Below, piece after piece: positions 47,990-59,849 of a stretch of DNA of 64,000 nucleotides. The DNA lies in the NCBI GenBank assembly GCA_035221665.1, contig CM069156.1, positions 17,794,001-17,858,000 of the forward strand. Reading direction: 5' to 3'. The notes below the pieces were generated by a model that saw only the letters and a list, made by a program, of their open reading frames with translations, did no database searches and was not told the DNA's origin. Position 1 is the stretch's first letter, and each line of letters opens with the position of its first letter. Source of the DNA: Okamejei kenojei (Eukaryota). The position numbers and the translations under genes were made by a program.

Positions 47990-49055
47990 TGTAATTTATA
48001 TAAATGACTTGCACGCAAATATAGCTGGGCTGACGTGATCAATTTTAGACAATGCCAATAATGGGTGGAGTTATTGATAATGCATAAAGATGTGGGAGGA
48101 TGTTGATCAACTAAAATGTTTGGTGGTGTGGTGCCAATGGAACATAGGCCAGACAAATGTGAGGTGATGCACTTGGAGAATAAATGGCTGGGACCTTGAG
48201 AGCATTGATGTTCAGATCTTTGGGTACAAGTCCATAGCTCCCTGAAAGTGATGACACAGATGACTAGGATAGTGAAAAAGGAATTAGATACGCCTGCCTT
48301 TATAGATGGAGGGAATTGAGTGGAAATGATGAGACGTGTTGCAGTTTAGTTTATTGTCACGTGAACCGAGGTACAGTGAAAAGCTTTTGTTGCGCGCTAA
48401 CCAGTCAACGGAAAGACAAAACATGATTACAATCGAGCCATCCCCAGTGTACAAATGCATGATAAAGGGAATAACGTGAATAAGGTTTAGTGCAAGATAA
48501 AGTCCATGCACTTGAGGTATTGTGTACAGTTCTGTTTGCCATACTACAGGAAGCTCATGGTAGCAGTGGCAAGACCATGGAAGAGAATCACCAGGATATT
48601 GCCGGGAATGCAGGGTTGTGGTGTAAAGGAGAGATTGGAGAGATTGGAGAGGCTGGATCTATTTTCACTTTAACATAGGAGACTGAGGAGTGAACTTTTA
48701 AAAGTTTACAGAATTATGAGAGTCATAGATAAGACAGATAATCAGAATCTTTTCTTTTCCTAAGATGGGGCGGTCTAAAATTAAAGGATGCAGATTTAAA
48801 GTGCGAGGGGAGAAATTCAAAGGAAATCTGAGACTCAAGTTTTTCCATGCAGAGGGTGGTGAATGTTTGGAATGAGATGCCAGATCAGGTCATGGAAGTA
48901 AATACTGTTACAATGTTTAAAAGGCATTTGCGCAGGTACTTGTATAGGAAAGGAGCAGAGAGATTCTGGCCTAATTGGGCAAGTGGGATTAGCATATGTA
49001 GGCATCACAGTCAGTGTAAATGAGGGTGCAACAAAAGGGACTGGTTCCATGCTGT
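47990..49055 (+). mobile_element. Decayed CR1-type LINE (RT to 3' end) with a nested Rex1-like tail (48341-48507, - strand)
   Basis: tatataaatgactt, gacaaatgtgaggtgatgcactt, gtacaagtccatagctccctgaaagtg and tttaaagtgcgaggggagaaattcaaagg. The nested element starts gtttagtttattgtcacgtg. Confidence 0.8.
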
Positions 49056-49112
49056 AGATTTTTAGGATGCTATATCAGACTGACTAGAGGGATATTTTCT
49101 CCACAGGTAATT

Positions 49113-49255
49113 TTAGTTTAGAGATGCAGCATGGAAATGGGCCCTTTGGCCTACTGAATCCACACCAACCATCGATCACCCCTACACAAGTTCTATGTTA
49201 TCCTAGTTTTGGATCCTACACACGAGCGGCAGTTTACAGAAGCCAATTAACCCAC
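49113..49255 (-). mobile_element. V-SINE/HE1-like 3' half
   Basis: ttagtttagagatgcagcatggaaatgggccc..atcctacacacg..tttacagaagccaattaac. Confidence 0.7.
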
Positions 49256-49289
49256 ATGGCAAGACAAAAAGTAGACTCTGGGACCGTTT

Positions 49290-49780
49290 CGGAAAGGCCT
49301 ATGGATCTCCAGGTTGCTAACCACTTTAACCCCCCCCCCCCCCCCCCCCCATTCCCATATTGACCTTTCTGCCCTGGGCCTCTTCCATTGTCAGAGTTAG
49401 GCCACACACAAATTGGAGGAACAGCACCTTGTATTCCGCTTGGGTATCTTACAACCCAGTGGTATGAACTTTGAATTCTCTAATTTTAGGTAGCATCCAC
49501 AAACACCTTCTCCTCCTTCCTCCACTAAAAGTCCATTAACCAATGCCACGGGTCGCAATTATGTACCCTTCTTGGGCTGAACCATCTCAAGCCAACAAAC
49601 AGCCTATCAGGGAACCTCCTTGCCTTGGGTCATCGGCTGCTGGCCCCGATTTGTCTTTTTTCTCAGTCATCTGTCCAAAGAAGGGTCGTGACCCAAAATG
49701 ACTTTTTCTCCAGAGATGCTGCCTGACCCACAGAGTTACTCCAGCATTTTGTGTATAAACCAGCATCTGCAGTTCCTTTT
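49290..49780 (+). mobile_element. Penelope-like GIY-YIG C-terminal fragment and degenerate pLTR
   Basis: DLQVANHFN..HSHIDLSALGLFHCQS*ATHKLEEQHLVFRLGILQPSGMNFEFSNFR*, then the tail gatgctgcctgaccc..ccagcatctgcagttcc. Confidence 0.85.
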
Positions 49781-50127
49781 TTATTACGCAAGGAAATTAC
49801 CTGATGGGTATATACAATTATGGTGAGCATAAGTAGGGTAGTTAGTCAGAAGCCAATTCCTCTGATAGGGATATCAAAAGCAAGAGAGAATGGGTTTAAG
49901 ATGAGGGAGAGGATGTTTAAAGGGGATCAGAGGGTGGAGGCAGATGCATCATATCATTTAAGAGGCAATGAGAAAAGCATTTGAAAAGGCAAAGCATAGA
50001 AGGATATTGTCCCAGTGTGAGTAAATGGAATTTGCAAAATGTTCCATATTGTCGTGGTGGGTTGAGGGGCACGTTTCTGTGCTGAATGACTATCCCTGGT
50101 CTTTTACAGTTAACTATGATTTTGATA

Positions 50128-50445
50128 AGTTTAAAGACACAGCATGGAAATAGGCTTTTGGCCCACAGATTCATCACCGACCATCGATCAGCCATTCACG
50201 CTATTTCTATATTATCCTACTTTTCCATCAACTCCCTCCCTACATGTTAGGGGCAATTTACAGAGGGCTAATTAATCTGCAAACCCGCACGTCTTTGGGA
50301 TGTGGGAGGAAGCCTGAGCACCCGGAGGAAATCCACGCGGTCACAGAGAGAAGGTGCAAACTCCACACAGCGCCTGAGGTCAGGATGGAACCTGGGTTTC
50401 CGGTGCTGTTTGGCAACAGCTCTATCAGCTGTGCCACTGTGCTGC
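50128..50445 (-). mobile_element. V-SINE/HE1-like SINE
   Basis: gtctttgggatgtgggaggaagcc..cacgcggtcacagagagaaggtgcaaactccacacag..ggcaacagctcta. Confidence 0.83.
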
Positions 50446-50595
50446 TATCTCCAACATTTTCAGAAAATATGTTATTTACTAACTATCTGACTCGAGCAAA
50501 TAGTGTTGCGATGTTTGGATTTGTCACAATATAGTCTGTCTAATATTCCTGATTGACTAACTTTAACTTTGCTCTTTTACTTGCTTGATTAACAG

Positions 50596-50656
50596 GAAAA
50601 TAGAGGATCTCCAGTTCCGAGTGGAAGAAGAATCAATTACCAAAGGAGATTTGGAG
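50596..50656 (+). CDS. CLIP2: CLIP2 exon 8 equivalent
   Basis: ttaacag|G...GAG|gtaatc. Encodes KIEDLQFRVEEESITKGDLE, a highly conserved CLIP1/2 peptide. 61 nt, phase 2 to 0. Confidence 0.96.
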
Positions 50657-51404
50657 GTAATCGTGTTGAACACGGGCACTGTGATTGATATCTTGATGTT
50701 CAAAATACATTGGGCTCCTCATCAATAAATCCGAACTAGGAAGCAAACCTTAACTTGCATTGGCTTTCTGGCATTTCACTAAACTTTTTCACTAAACATT
50801 TCCCCAGTTTCAATGGTATTGGGTGTGGATTGCCTGGCATTGATGCATGGATTGATTCAATTGCTAGCTTTGCAAAGAGATTCGTCAGGTGGCGGCGATC
50901 CTACCCAATAATGACACTTTCGCATTAAAGATCTTGAGAAACTCGGCAGTTTAATTACTTGAAGGTTAAGGGGTTGGTAGATTTTTGGTGTCAAACTATT
51001 TGCTAACAAATTGTAAATTAGAAAATTGTATTGGAAGTAAAAAAGGTGCGGAAACTTTCAATGCCTGAATCAATTTAAAAATATTGAGCACCGGGTAATA
51101 GTTGTTTAATCCCAGTTTTCAAACAGATTAGTTTTCCTTTCATTTGATACCCGTGAAAATAGGACTGGCAAAAGTATATCTGGCATGCCTTGTGCATGGT
51201 GAATAGATGCTGGAGAATCAGGAGGTGAGCCATTCATTACGGGACACCAAGCGTCTGTTTTGCTGTTGTGATGACAGTGTCCCACCTGAACAGTGGTGAG
51301 CTCAGTACGGTGATGGTAATGCCATTGTGTGCCAGGGGCGATTTAGAGTTATTTTAATTTGGATCAAACTTTGCAAGCCATGCCAGTATTTGGTGAGTAA
51401 GTGT

Positions 51405-52612
51405 TGGTGTCAATGAGATTTATCCATCACTTTGCTGATATTGGGAGTGGGCAGCATGCAGTAATTGACCGGATCAGATTTGTCTTCCTTCTTCTGAATT
51501 TGTTGTGCAGACAAAGTACCCCATTTTGTACTGGAGCAGTTTGGCTAAAGTCTTCAAGATTGCAGCCGGATGTTTCAGGATCTGTGGACTTTGTTGCAGC
51601 CACAATCATTTCCTGGGCCGTGTTGAGTTACTTGCTACTTGTCAGATAATCATAAATGTTGTGTAGGGTTTGTTGGATGTGAGTATGGTCTTTTTTTTTT
51701 TTTTTTTTAGAAGTTCTGAATAGAATTGTATACAGCACTCATTAGGCTAAATTTCCATTCAGATCGAGGGAAGGCCAATGATGAATCGGCTGAAGGTGCT
51801 TGAACCCAAGACTCTCCTATAGAGCTTTGTCCTGGGGCATCCTCAGATGCCTCCAATATTCAACACCATCTAATGAGAGGTCTAGTTTAGAGATACAGGA
51901 TGGAAAACGACCCTGCGGCCCACAGTCTGCTTCCAGCGATCCCTGCACATCAACACTATCCTACACACACTAGGGACAATTTACAATTGTACCAAGCCAA
52001 TTGACCTACAAACCTGTACATCTTTGGAGTGTGGGAGCAAACCGGATATCCCTGAGAAAACCCACACAGGTCAGGGGGAGAATGTAGAAACTGTGTGCAG
52101 ACACCACCTGTAGTCAGGATCGAACCTGGGTCTCTAGAGCTGTAAGACAGCAACTCTACCGCTGTGCTGCCGAGGTGGGAACCTAGCTAATGAAATGCTC
52201 CCCTAAATTTCCATTGACTTCATTTTAACATGGGCATCTTGAGGTTACACTTGGTCACACACCGTCTTGATGTAAAGGACAGTCATTCTCGCCTTGTCTC
52301 TGGGATTTGGCTCCTTGGTCCATACTTGGACTCGAGCTGCAGTGAACTCTGCAGGCAACTGGTCCCGGCGGAACCTGAACTTTCCAACCCATGCCAGTAA
52401 TTGGTGAGAGGGTGTCAGTGTCAATTAGATTATTCATCACTTTGCTGATATTGGGAGTGGACAGCATGCAGTAATTGACCAGATCAGATATGTCTTGCAT
52501 CTTACGAGTTGTTGTGATCGATAAAAGTGCCCATTTTGTACTGGAGCAGCTTGGCTAAAGTCTTCAAGACTGCAGCTGGATGTTTCAGGACCTATAGACT
52601 TTAGTGCAGCCA
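51405..52612 (-). mobile_element. Ancient LINE RT remnant present as two ~200-bp direct copies (51405-51605 and 52420-52612)
   Basis: The copies share catcactttgctgatattgggagtgg and ccattttgtactggagcag.ttggctaaagtcttcaaga. The minus strand resembles the RT-proximal motif NYRPISLLSIISKVM (here NYCMLSTPNISKVM). Confidence 0.6.
51885..52172 (-). mobile_element. V-SINE/HE1-like SINE
   Basis: caacactatcctacacacactagggacaatttaca..aaacctgtacatctttggagtgtgggag..gatcgaacctgggtctct. Confidence 0.9.
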
Positions 52613-54790
52613 GTCCACTTTACAATTTCATGATACAATATGGAGTAAATCAAATTGGCCAAGATGGACTGGCACTTCTGACTACATATGGTGGCACATG
52701 GTTCAACCTTATCTTTGCCAGAGTGCAGTATCGTTAACAATGGGCAGGATTTACTCAGCGCCCTCCATTAGCTGTATAAGTCACTGCTGGACTCTCAAGT
52801 CTGATCCGAGCTCTCATCTGGTCTGTTGTTGGTTTCTCCAGCGATGCTGCCTGACCCGCTGAGTTACTCCAGCATTTTGTGTCTACCTGTTGTTGGTGAG
52901 GTCGTTCACATCATGTCCCTTTTCACCACTACAACATTAGCACTCCACCATGGCACTGCTGCCAAAGCTTACTTGGCAATGTACATTGAAGTCTGCAAGC
53001 CAGAGTGCTTTCTGTACCCCTGATGCTGCCCCAACACTGATCAAAGTGGAGGAGTTCTGAGAGAGGACAATAGGTAGTAAGCAGCAGATCGTTTCTGAGT
53101 TTGGGAGGATGCCATTCGGCCCATCATGTTATGTCTGGCTCAAATTGTTTTGATTAGTCGCAGCCATCGGTCTGCAGCCCTTACAGCTATGGCTCTCCAT
53201 GTGATCATGTAGCTATTTTTCTTTTCAAAATGTGGTGAAGATTTATGCTTCTACAATTAATTTCCAGATGTTCATGAGGAGGATTTTTCAGGCTTGAGTG
53301 AGTTGCATGAGCCATTGTATTTGAGTCCTGTATCCATGTCAACAATGAACGGTCTGTCCTGTTTTTGTTCCTAATAAGGTTTGTCATGGTTTGATTCGCC
53401 AACCTGCTGAGCCATTTCAGAGGGCAGTTAAGAGGCAACCACAGGGCTGCGCATCTGTTGGTACTAGTGACCAGCCATGTGGCGAGGCGCATTGGAATGC
53501 ATCTACAACGTGCCTGTGAATTGCTGCCACTTCCTTGCAAGAGCATTGAATAATGTGGCTTCTCAACCACATTTACTTCTTGGCTACACTCTTTTTAGAT
53601 TTTTGAACAAAGGAGGTTGTTGCATGGTAAAACATCTCCAGCTACACCTGGCACTTTCTGAGCTCTGAGGCTTCCCTTATCCACAGCGAGATTCCATGTC
53701 TGCCGCACATATAAAGCTGAAATAAAAGTTTGGCATTTACCTCAAAACTTCAGGGTCTGTAGTTCACTAACCCTTACTACCACCAATTGCTCATTTCCTC
53801 CAAAGTTAGTGAAGTAAATCTGCCTGTGGACTCCAAGTGTGATGCACAATCCTTTTGCACTACCTCATATGTTTCTGTCTTGCTTCACTTGAGGCAATGT
53901 CCCATCATAACACCAAGTTAAGCCTAAACATAAAGTTAATAGAAAATGGGGTGGGGAAATCCCGTTGCAGGTGACTGAGTTAACCTCTAATGTAACTACG
54001 CCTCAAAAGCTGATCCAATCTAGTCATGTTCGTTAGAACTCAACCAACCATTGCTGTTTCCTGAAGCTTTTAACTTGTTGGCAGTGGTAAATGTAGGGAC
54101 ATCTCTTGCATGAATTGATAAAAATGTGCCGTTTTTGTTAGCCTGTCAGGAATATTGTGTAACATAAGTGATAAGCATTTATTCTGTAATGTCTGTCCAT
54201 TGGCATTGAACTATTTATCGTTATGTTTCTTGTAATATGCTATCATTTTGATTATCTAGGTGTGCAGTTCTGTCCTTATTTCTTCCCGTCCCCCCCCTCC
54301 TCCTCCTCCATTAGGTTGTGATAACCTGTTTTTGCGTGCAACACTCCATTATAATTTACTCCCAAGTATGAAGTGTGCACATAGTAGCTCCTATCTGACC
54401 CCCTTTGAGGGCAGCCTCCCCCATGTCTGTTCCTCCTGTGATCAGAAGGAGTAGCACCCTCATTGTGGTACCTTTCGGGGGACTGATTTGGTGCCAAGCA
54501 ACACCCATTTCCAGCTTCTCCACTGTCATGCGGTAATGGGTCACCATGAGGATCCTCAAGAGTACTGCGTTTCCACTCTCAGTTTACAGCTGTGGGGAAC
54601 TCGGGGTGTTAGCCCAGAGTTCTCCCGTTGGTGGGAAGACCACCAAAGATTTTACGGGTAGCTTGCAAATGACTGGAAGGATCATGCGGTCAGCTACAGA
54701 TGAGTTGCACACAGAATGTTCTGCTCTCTGGAGAACTGCTTGGAATCACTGGTGCATCTTTCAAATGGTGAAATGGAGACGTCTTAATCT

Positions 54791-55040
54791 GGCTTCATAT
54801 AACCCTTGCTTTCCCTCTCTCTCCACCCCCTCCACCTTCCCAGTTCTCCCACCAGTCCTACTGACTCAGACTACATTCTATCTCTGTCCTGCCCACTCCC
54901 CTGAGATCAGTCTGAAGAAGGGTCTTGACCCGAAACATCACCCATTCCTTATCTCCAGAGATGCTGCCTGTCCCCCTGAGTTACTCCAGCATTTTGTCGA
55001 CCTTCAATTTGAACCAGCATCTGCAGTTCTTTCCTACACA
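54791..55040 (+). mobile_element. Penelope 3' UTR and pLTR with perfect 10-bp TSD
   Basis: Hammerhead-like ctgaagaagggtcttgacccgaaacatc starting at 54912. TSD gtcttaatct at 54781-54790 and 55041-55050. Confidence 0.87.
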
Positions 55041-55052
55041 GTCTTAATCTAG

Positions 55053-55240
55053 TGTTTGACTTTCTAACCCCTTTCCATTTGTCTTTTCTCTCACTCCCCC
55101 TCTTTCTGTCTCTGTCTCTCTCTTGCTTTCTCTCTCGCTCTCTGTGTCTCCCTGTTGACTTTATTGTGCTGAGCTATTACAGCCCGTCTCTCTCTTTCTC
55201 TCTCCCTTCCTCTTTCCTTTGCATCTTCTCCCCACGGAAC
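55053..55240 (+). promoter_or_regulatory. Extended CT-rich polypyrimidine tract before exon 9
   Basis: About 190 nt of (tc)n/tctt-rich sequence, far longer than the tracts of the other exons. A regulatory role is inferred. Confidence 0.55.
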
Positions 55241-55246
55241 TTACAG

Positions 55247-55351
55247 ACTCAAACAAAGTTGGAGCATGCCCGTATTCGGGAGCTCGAACACAGCCTGCTG
55301 TTCGAAAGGACCAAAGCTGGAAAACTCCAAAAGGAGTTTGAAGACACCCGG
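55247..55351 (+). CDS. CLIP2: CLIP2 exon 9 equivalent: 35-aa symmetric (cassette-type) exon
   Basis: ttacag|ACT...CGG|gtaaaa. Encodes [35 protein letters not shown]. 105 nt, phase 0 to 0. Confidence 0.95.
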
Positions 55352-55728
55352 GTAAAACCAGTTGATGTGGCCTCTGCCCACCCGTGTCTTGGCTTGCCTG
55401 GGAACGGCTTGGCTTCACACGAGCTTTGTTTTATTTTCAAGCTGATTGGGTTTGATTTGTGCCTTTCGCTTTGCTTTGGGAGATAAATCGTGAGGTGTTT
55501 TTTTTTTTTTTTTGTAGTCCTGTGATTGTGAGCCTTTTTGTATTTCTGCTTGGCAACTGCTCTGCAAAAGCTTGACACCGTCTTCTAATTTGTTGAATGT
55601 GTGTTAGGAAGTTGCCTGTTATGTCCATTAGCTCTGCCTGTGGCATCGGCTGCGCAGGATTTGTGGCTTTCACTTCAAAGATGCCGGTTAATGCTATTTT
55701 TGATGAAAGAATTGTTTAAATCAGATTT

Positions 55729-55826
55729 AGTCTGCAGAAGGGTCTCGACCCGAAACGTCACCCGTTCCTTCTCTCCAGAGATGCTGCCTGTCCTGCTGAG
55801 TTACTCCAGCTTTTTCTCTCTATCTT
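55729..55826 (+). mobile_element. Solo Penelope pLTR
   Basis: agtctgcagaagggtctcgacccgaaacgtcacccgttcc..gatgctgcctgtcctgctgagttactccagc. The core has CUGC in place of CUGA. Confidence 0.85.
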
Positions 55827-56499
55827 GAGCACCAAATACTTCTCCGATGGTTGGTCACAATGAAGAATTTGTGAGGAAAGATAATTTAGATTTGCTTCTC
55901 GCAGGATTGAGGGGAACTGTTGTAGATATTCACTGTGGGAGCGGCATCATGGGAGAATTGCTGAGTGCAGGTGGGACCCCATAAACATGGAAGGATGAGT
56001 ATCCCAAGGGGAGAGGGGTCTTGGAGTTTGAGGTTGGGGTGGTGGGAGAGCAATGTGAACCTGGGAGGACTACGGTCAGACCTGTTATGTAGAGGATGCC
56101 GGGTAAAAGATGACAAGATTTCCCGACCTGAAATGTCACTTATTTATGTTCTCCTGAGATGCTGCCCATTCCCGAACTCTGATTCTTTTGTAAATCAGCA
56201 ACTGCAGTTCCTGATTTCTACATTACTTGCAGAGATCTTGCTTTGCCCAAATTCTCCCATACATTTAAAATATGTTTTTTCAAGTTCGTATTAAGGATGA
56301 TAAATATTTAATTCCACGTGTTAATGTCTGGATCTGGTATATATTTAATTAGTTTAATTCTGAGTTTATTAGGGAAATTATTAGTGAAATGAAAGAATTA
56401 TAGCAAGGGTATGTGGGGGTGACAATTACATGGGTAGCCACAGAAAACTGACTTAAGGAGGCATTGGCCTGTAGGTAGTTTTCGTAACCCAGAGACTCA

Positions 56500-56660
56500 A
56501 TCACACCAGAGTACGGGGACAGGCCCTTTGGCTCAATGCTGATTAAGATGCCCCAGCAAAGCTAGTTCCACTTGCCCACGTATGGGCCATATCCCCCTTA
56601 ACCTTTCCTGTCTGTGTGTCTTTCCAAATGTCTTTTAAATGTTGTCATTGTACCTCAGCT
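56500..56660 (-). mobile_element. CR1-type 3' tail
   Basis: aggccctttggctc..ggccatatccccttaacctttcct..tccaaatgtcttttaaatgttg. Confidence 0.7.
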
Positions 56661-59079
56661 TGTACCAGATATCATCAACTTGGTTGGGGAGCTGGGACGG
56701 GGTGGGGAGATGGGGCGCTTTCCATTCCAATCCAGTGCTTTAACCACTTCCCAAAGCCCCTGTTTCTCTGTCCTGTGAATGCTGTTCTAGGTCTCTTGAA
56801 CTAATCATCCCATTCAAATATGATGTATAACTAATGATTTTGCTTTGTAGCTGTATTTTTTTTAAAGTGCGGGCTGGAAAGTGAGTACAACAATGGTGAA
56901 GCATTTATTAGAGGCAAAGAAAAAAGACAAAGAGCAGTAGAGAAAGAATGAGAGAGAGAGAGAGAGACTGGGGATGAGAAAAACTAATGTTAGAGGGTAG
57001 AGAAAAATATTTACCAAAACAAATTGGACCATGTTGCATAGAATTTAAGTAATGGATGTGTTATTAGATTTATTCTGTGTAATGCTGCTGCTCGGTTATA
57101 AAATATTTTAAATGAGTTGCTTCTTTAACATAGCATAAAATATCACACATAACTGGAGAAGTAAACCTCCAGAATGTAAAAATAACAATTGAGTGTAGAG
57201 AAGATACAATGGGGCATTTTGATTTGTCATATACATTGGTAGAGGCATAGCATTAAAGTAGAATTAGTTGCACTATGACTGCATGCTCTATTCATGATGC
57301 TTCGTATAGAATATCGGTGCATTGACCATAGGATTGATAAACATGGGCCGGGGAAGGCTGTGGCAAGGTCTTTTTAGGTAATGGGATTCCGTACAGAGAA
57401 TCCTTTTATTTAAAGAAGAGAAGTTAGAGAAGATGCACTAAAAAGCAGGAAAGATTTTCAAAATTGGAGACTGGCCAAATGGAAGTCAAGAACCTGGTGA
57501 GAGTGGGGAAGAAGGTATAGCAGATTATTTTTCTTTTAAATTAAAGAATCCAACTGAAATTGTTAAAATTTGTGTAAATCCAATGTTCGACCATGTGTTA
57601 TACAAGTTCTAGTTTCTGTCTTTAAACAACATTGTGGGACATTGGGTGTAATAATTAGATTTTGCACCCGCCAACAAAGACCAAAAAAGAGAGGGGTAAC
57701 CTAAACAAGACTGTAAAGTTTATGAAAAGCTTCAATCCAGTAAACAAAGGGAAGATGCTTCCATTTGTGGTTTAAACCTGAAAGACAGAGTAAGCAATGG
57801 AAATGGTGACTCATAAATTCAAAGGGGAATTTAGGCAAAATGTCACGACCCGAGAAGTAGTTAGACTCTGGAACTTTGCATCGCAATTGAAAGTAAGGCA
57901 TAGGTCATCAAAGCAAATTTGGGGAAGCTAGATAATCCAAAGAGGGAGTCGGGGTTAGGAGACTATGCTATTAGGGTGAGATTAAAAAAGGATAAATGGA
58001 GCAAAGCCATTGGCTCAGAGCCCATGTCGAGGATGTAAATAATTAGTTCTTTAAGGAGCAGTTGAGTAATATCCCAGATCTGGCTTCTGAAATGGATTAC
58101 ATCAAAGGACACTGCGTCCAGTCAAGGGATGGAACAATATATTTGCATACATATACTGGGAACCAGAGGAATGAACAGAACTATTGCAGCAAACATCCTT
58201 TTGCCCTTTTCAGCTGCCTGCCCATCTCTACTGCATGTTGTCGCAGGATCTGCCTGTTGCTTTTTATATCTGAATTTCATCTGGCCTCAGTCTTGTTCAT
58301 TCTCCCGATCTGGAAATCAGTTTTGATCTTTCATTCCTGGTGTATTTTTCTGTTTCTTGGTTTCACTCCCTCACAGTCTCTCCTCTCACCGCACCATCCG
58401 GAGGTAACAATTATAATGTGAACAGACAATGACGCATAACCTTGGATTGATCTAGGTTGCTATATTTAAAAATGTGAAACCCTGATAATGTACTGAGATG
58501 ATGACTGTTATAAAGTAAGTGGGGATTTGCCATGGATGAGATGACTCTGGGATAATTCCTACCAATTTGACAACACTGACTCGAGTGCGTTCAGTGCGAC
58601 ATAACAAAGACCATCAGATTGATTGGGTGTAGTAAAACTATTTTGCAACAGATGTACTTGCATTGTACATACTAATCGGCAGTTGACTAAGCACCACACT
58701 AAATCTTAGTTCTTAACTCTGCTCTTACTATAATTTAAAGGAAAATATCAGTTCTCCCTGGCTATGATGCCAGAAAATTGGACGTTTCTTGGTGTTATGA
58801 AGGTGAATGAACCCTCGGTTATGGCTGTTTGGTGAACGGAAATTCACCCTGAGAGAATTCGGCAATCAGCAGCCAAAAATTTGAGAGATGGAATAACATT
58901 GACTCTCACAGAATTAATGTGGAGAAAATGTAAATAAATAAATCAACTCAAAAATGGATTCTTTCACCGTGTTCCTGACGCATGCATGGATGATGCATCT
59001 TTTCCTAATGGAAAATGGCGACGCAGACCTTTTTCTAGGAATGCAACCGCCGGCCCCTCAACACCCGGGGACCCGGCAC

Positions 59080-59720
59080 CATTGTTTAATAAGGGAGGAA
59101 GGAATAAACCAAGAAACCAGCTAGCTTTGATTTAATGGCTGCCTAATTATTGGACTCCTACTTTCATTTAAAGCTCTACATTTAGAAAGTCACAGATTAG
59201 TCAACATTGATTTGTTAACGGAAACAAATCAAGTCTGCGCAACCAAGCAATTTCAATTTTTTGAGGAAATGAAAAGGAGTGCATTGGCAAGGAGAGCACT
59301 ATATGAATTTAAGCAAGACTTTTGACAAAATCCCACACGGCAGAGTGAATGTAAAAGTTTATGGGATCCAAGGGCGAGTGTAAAATTGGACTTAATTTCA
59401 TGGTGGTGAGAAGCAAAGGGTGCTGTTTGATGAGTTCCACAAGGTTTGGTGCTCAAACCTTTTTCTGTAATATATATCAATGGTTTAAACTTAAATGTAG
59501 AGGGCATTCTAAAGAAGTTTCAGATAATGCAAAAACTGGTCATATGGTTGGCAAGGATGAGGAGATCCCCAGCTGCAGGAAAGTATTGATTGTCTGTGCA
59601 GCTGGGCAGGGAAATGGCAAATGGAAGTTAATGCAGAGAAGTGTGCATTAATACACGGGGCAGGTGCAACGTGGCCGGAGATGCACAATAAGTGGGAGAT
59701 TCTGAGAGAGGTGTGGAGGA
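59080..59720 (+). mobile_element. Heavily decayed CR1-type RT fragment
   Basis: caccattgtttaataagggaggaaggaataaacc, caagacttttgacaaaatcccacacggcag and tggcaaatggaagttaatgcagagaagtgtg. Confidence 0.6.
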
Positions 59721-59849
59721 ACATAATGATAGTGGATTGTTCATCTTTAAAGTTGCTAGGACTTCTCAGGCACTACTGAGCACAGGTTTGGCCTACAGTT
59801 AGAGGCCCTCAAGCTGCATGAACACTATTATTGCTCAACAAGGAGCCCT

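Noticed and set aside
50657-55246. A CLIP1-type 11-aa microexon between exons 8 and 9
   Set aside because: I found no convincing 33-nt AG..GT segment by eye. It cannot be fully excluded without RNA-seq.
55052-55486. 144-aa ORF extending exon 9 in both directions
   Set aside because: The extension is simply the stop-poor polypyrimidine tract. Clear splice sites delimit the 105-nt exon.
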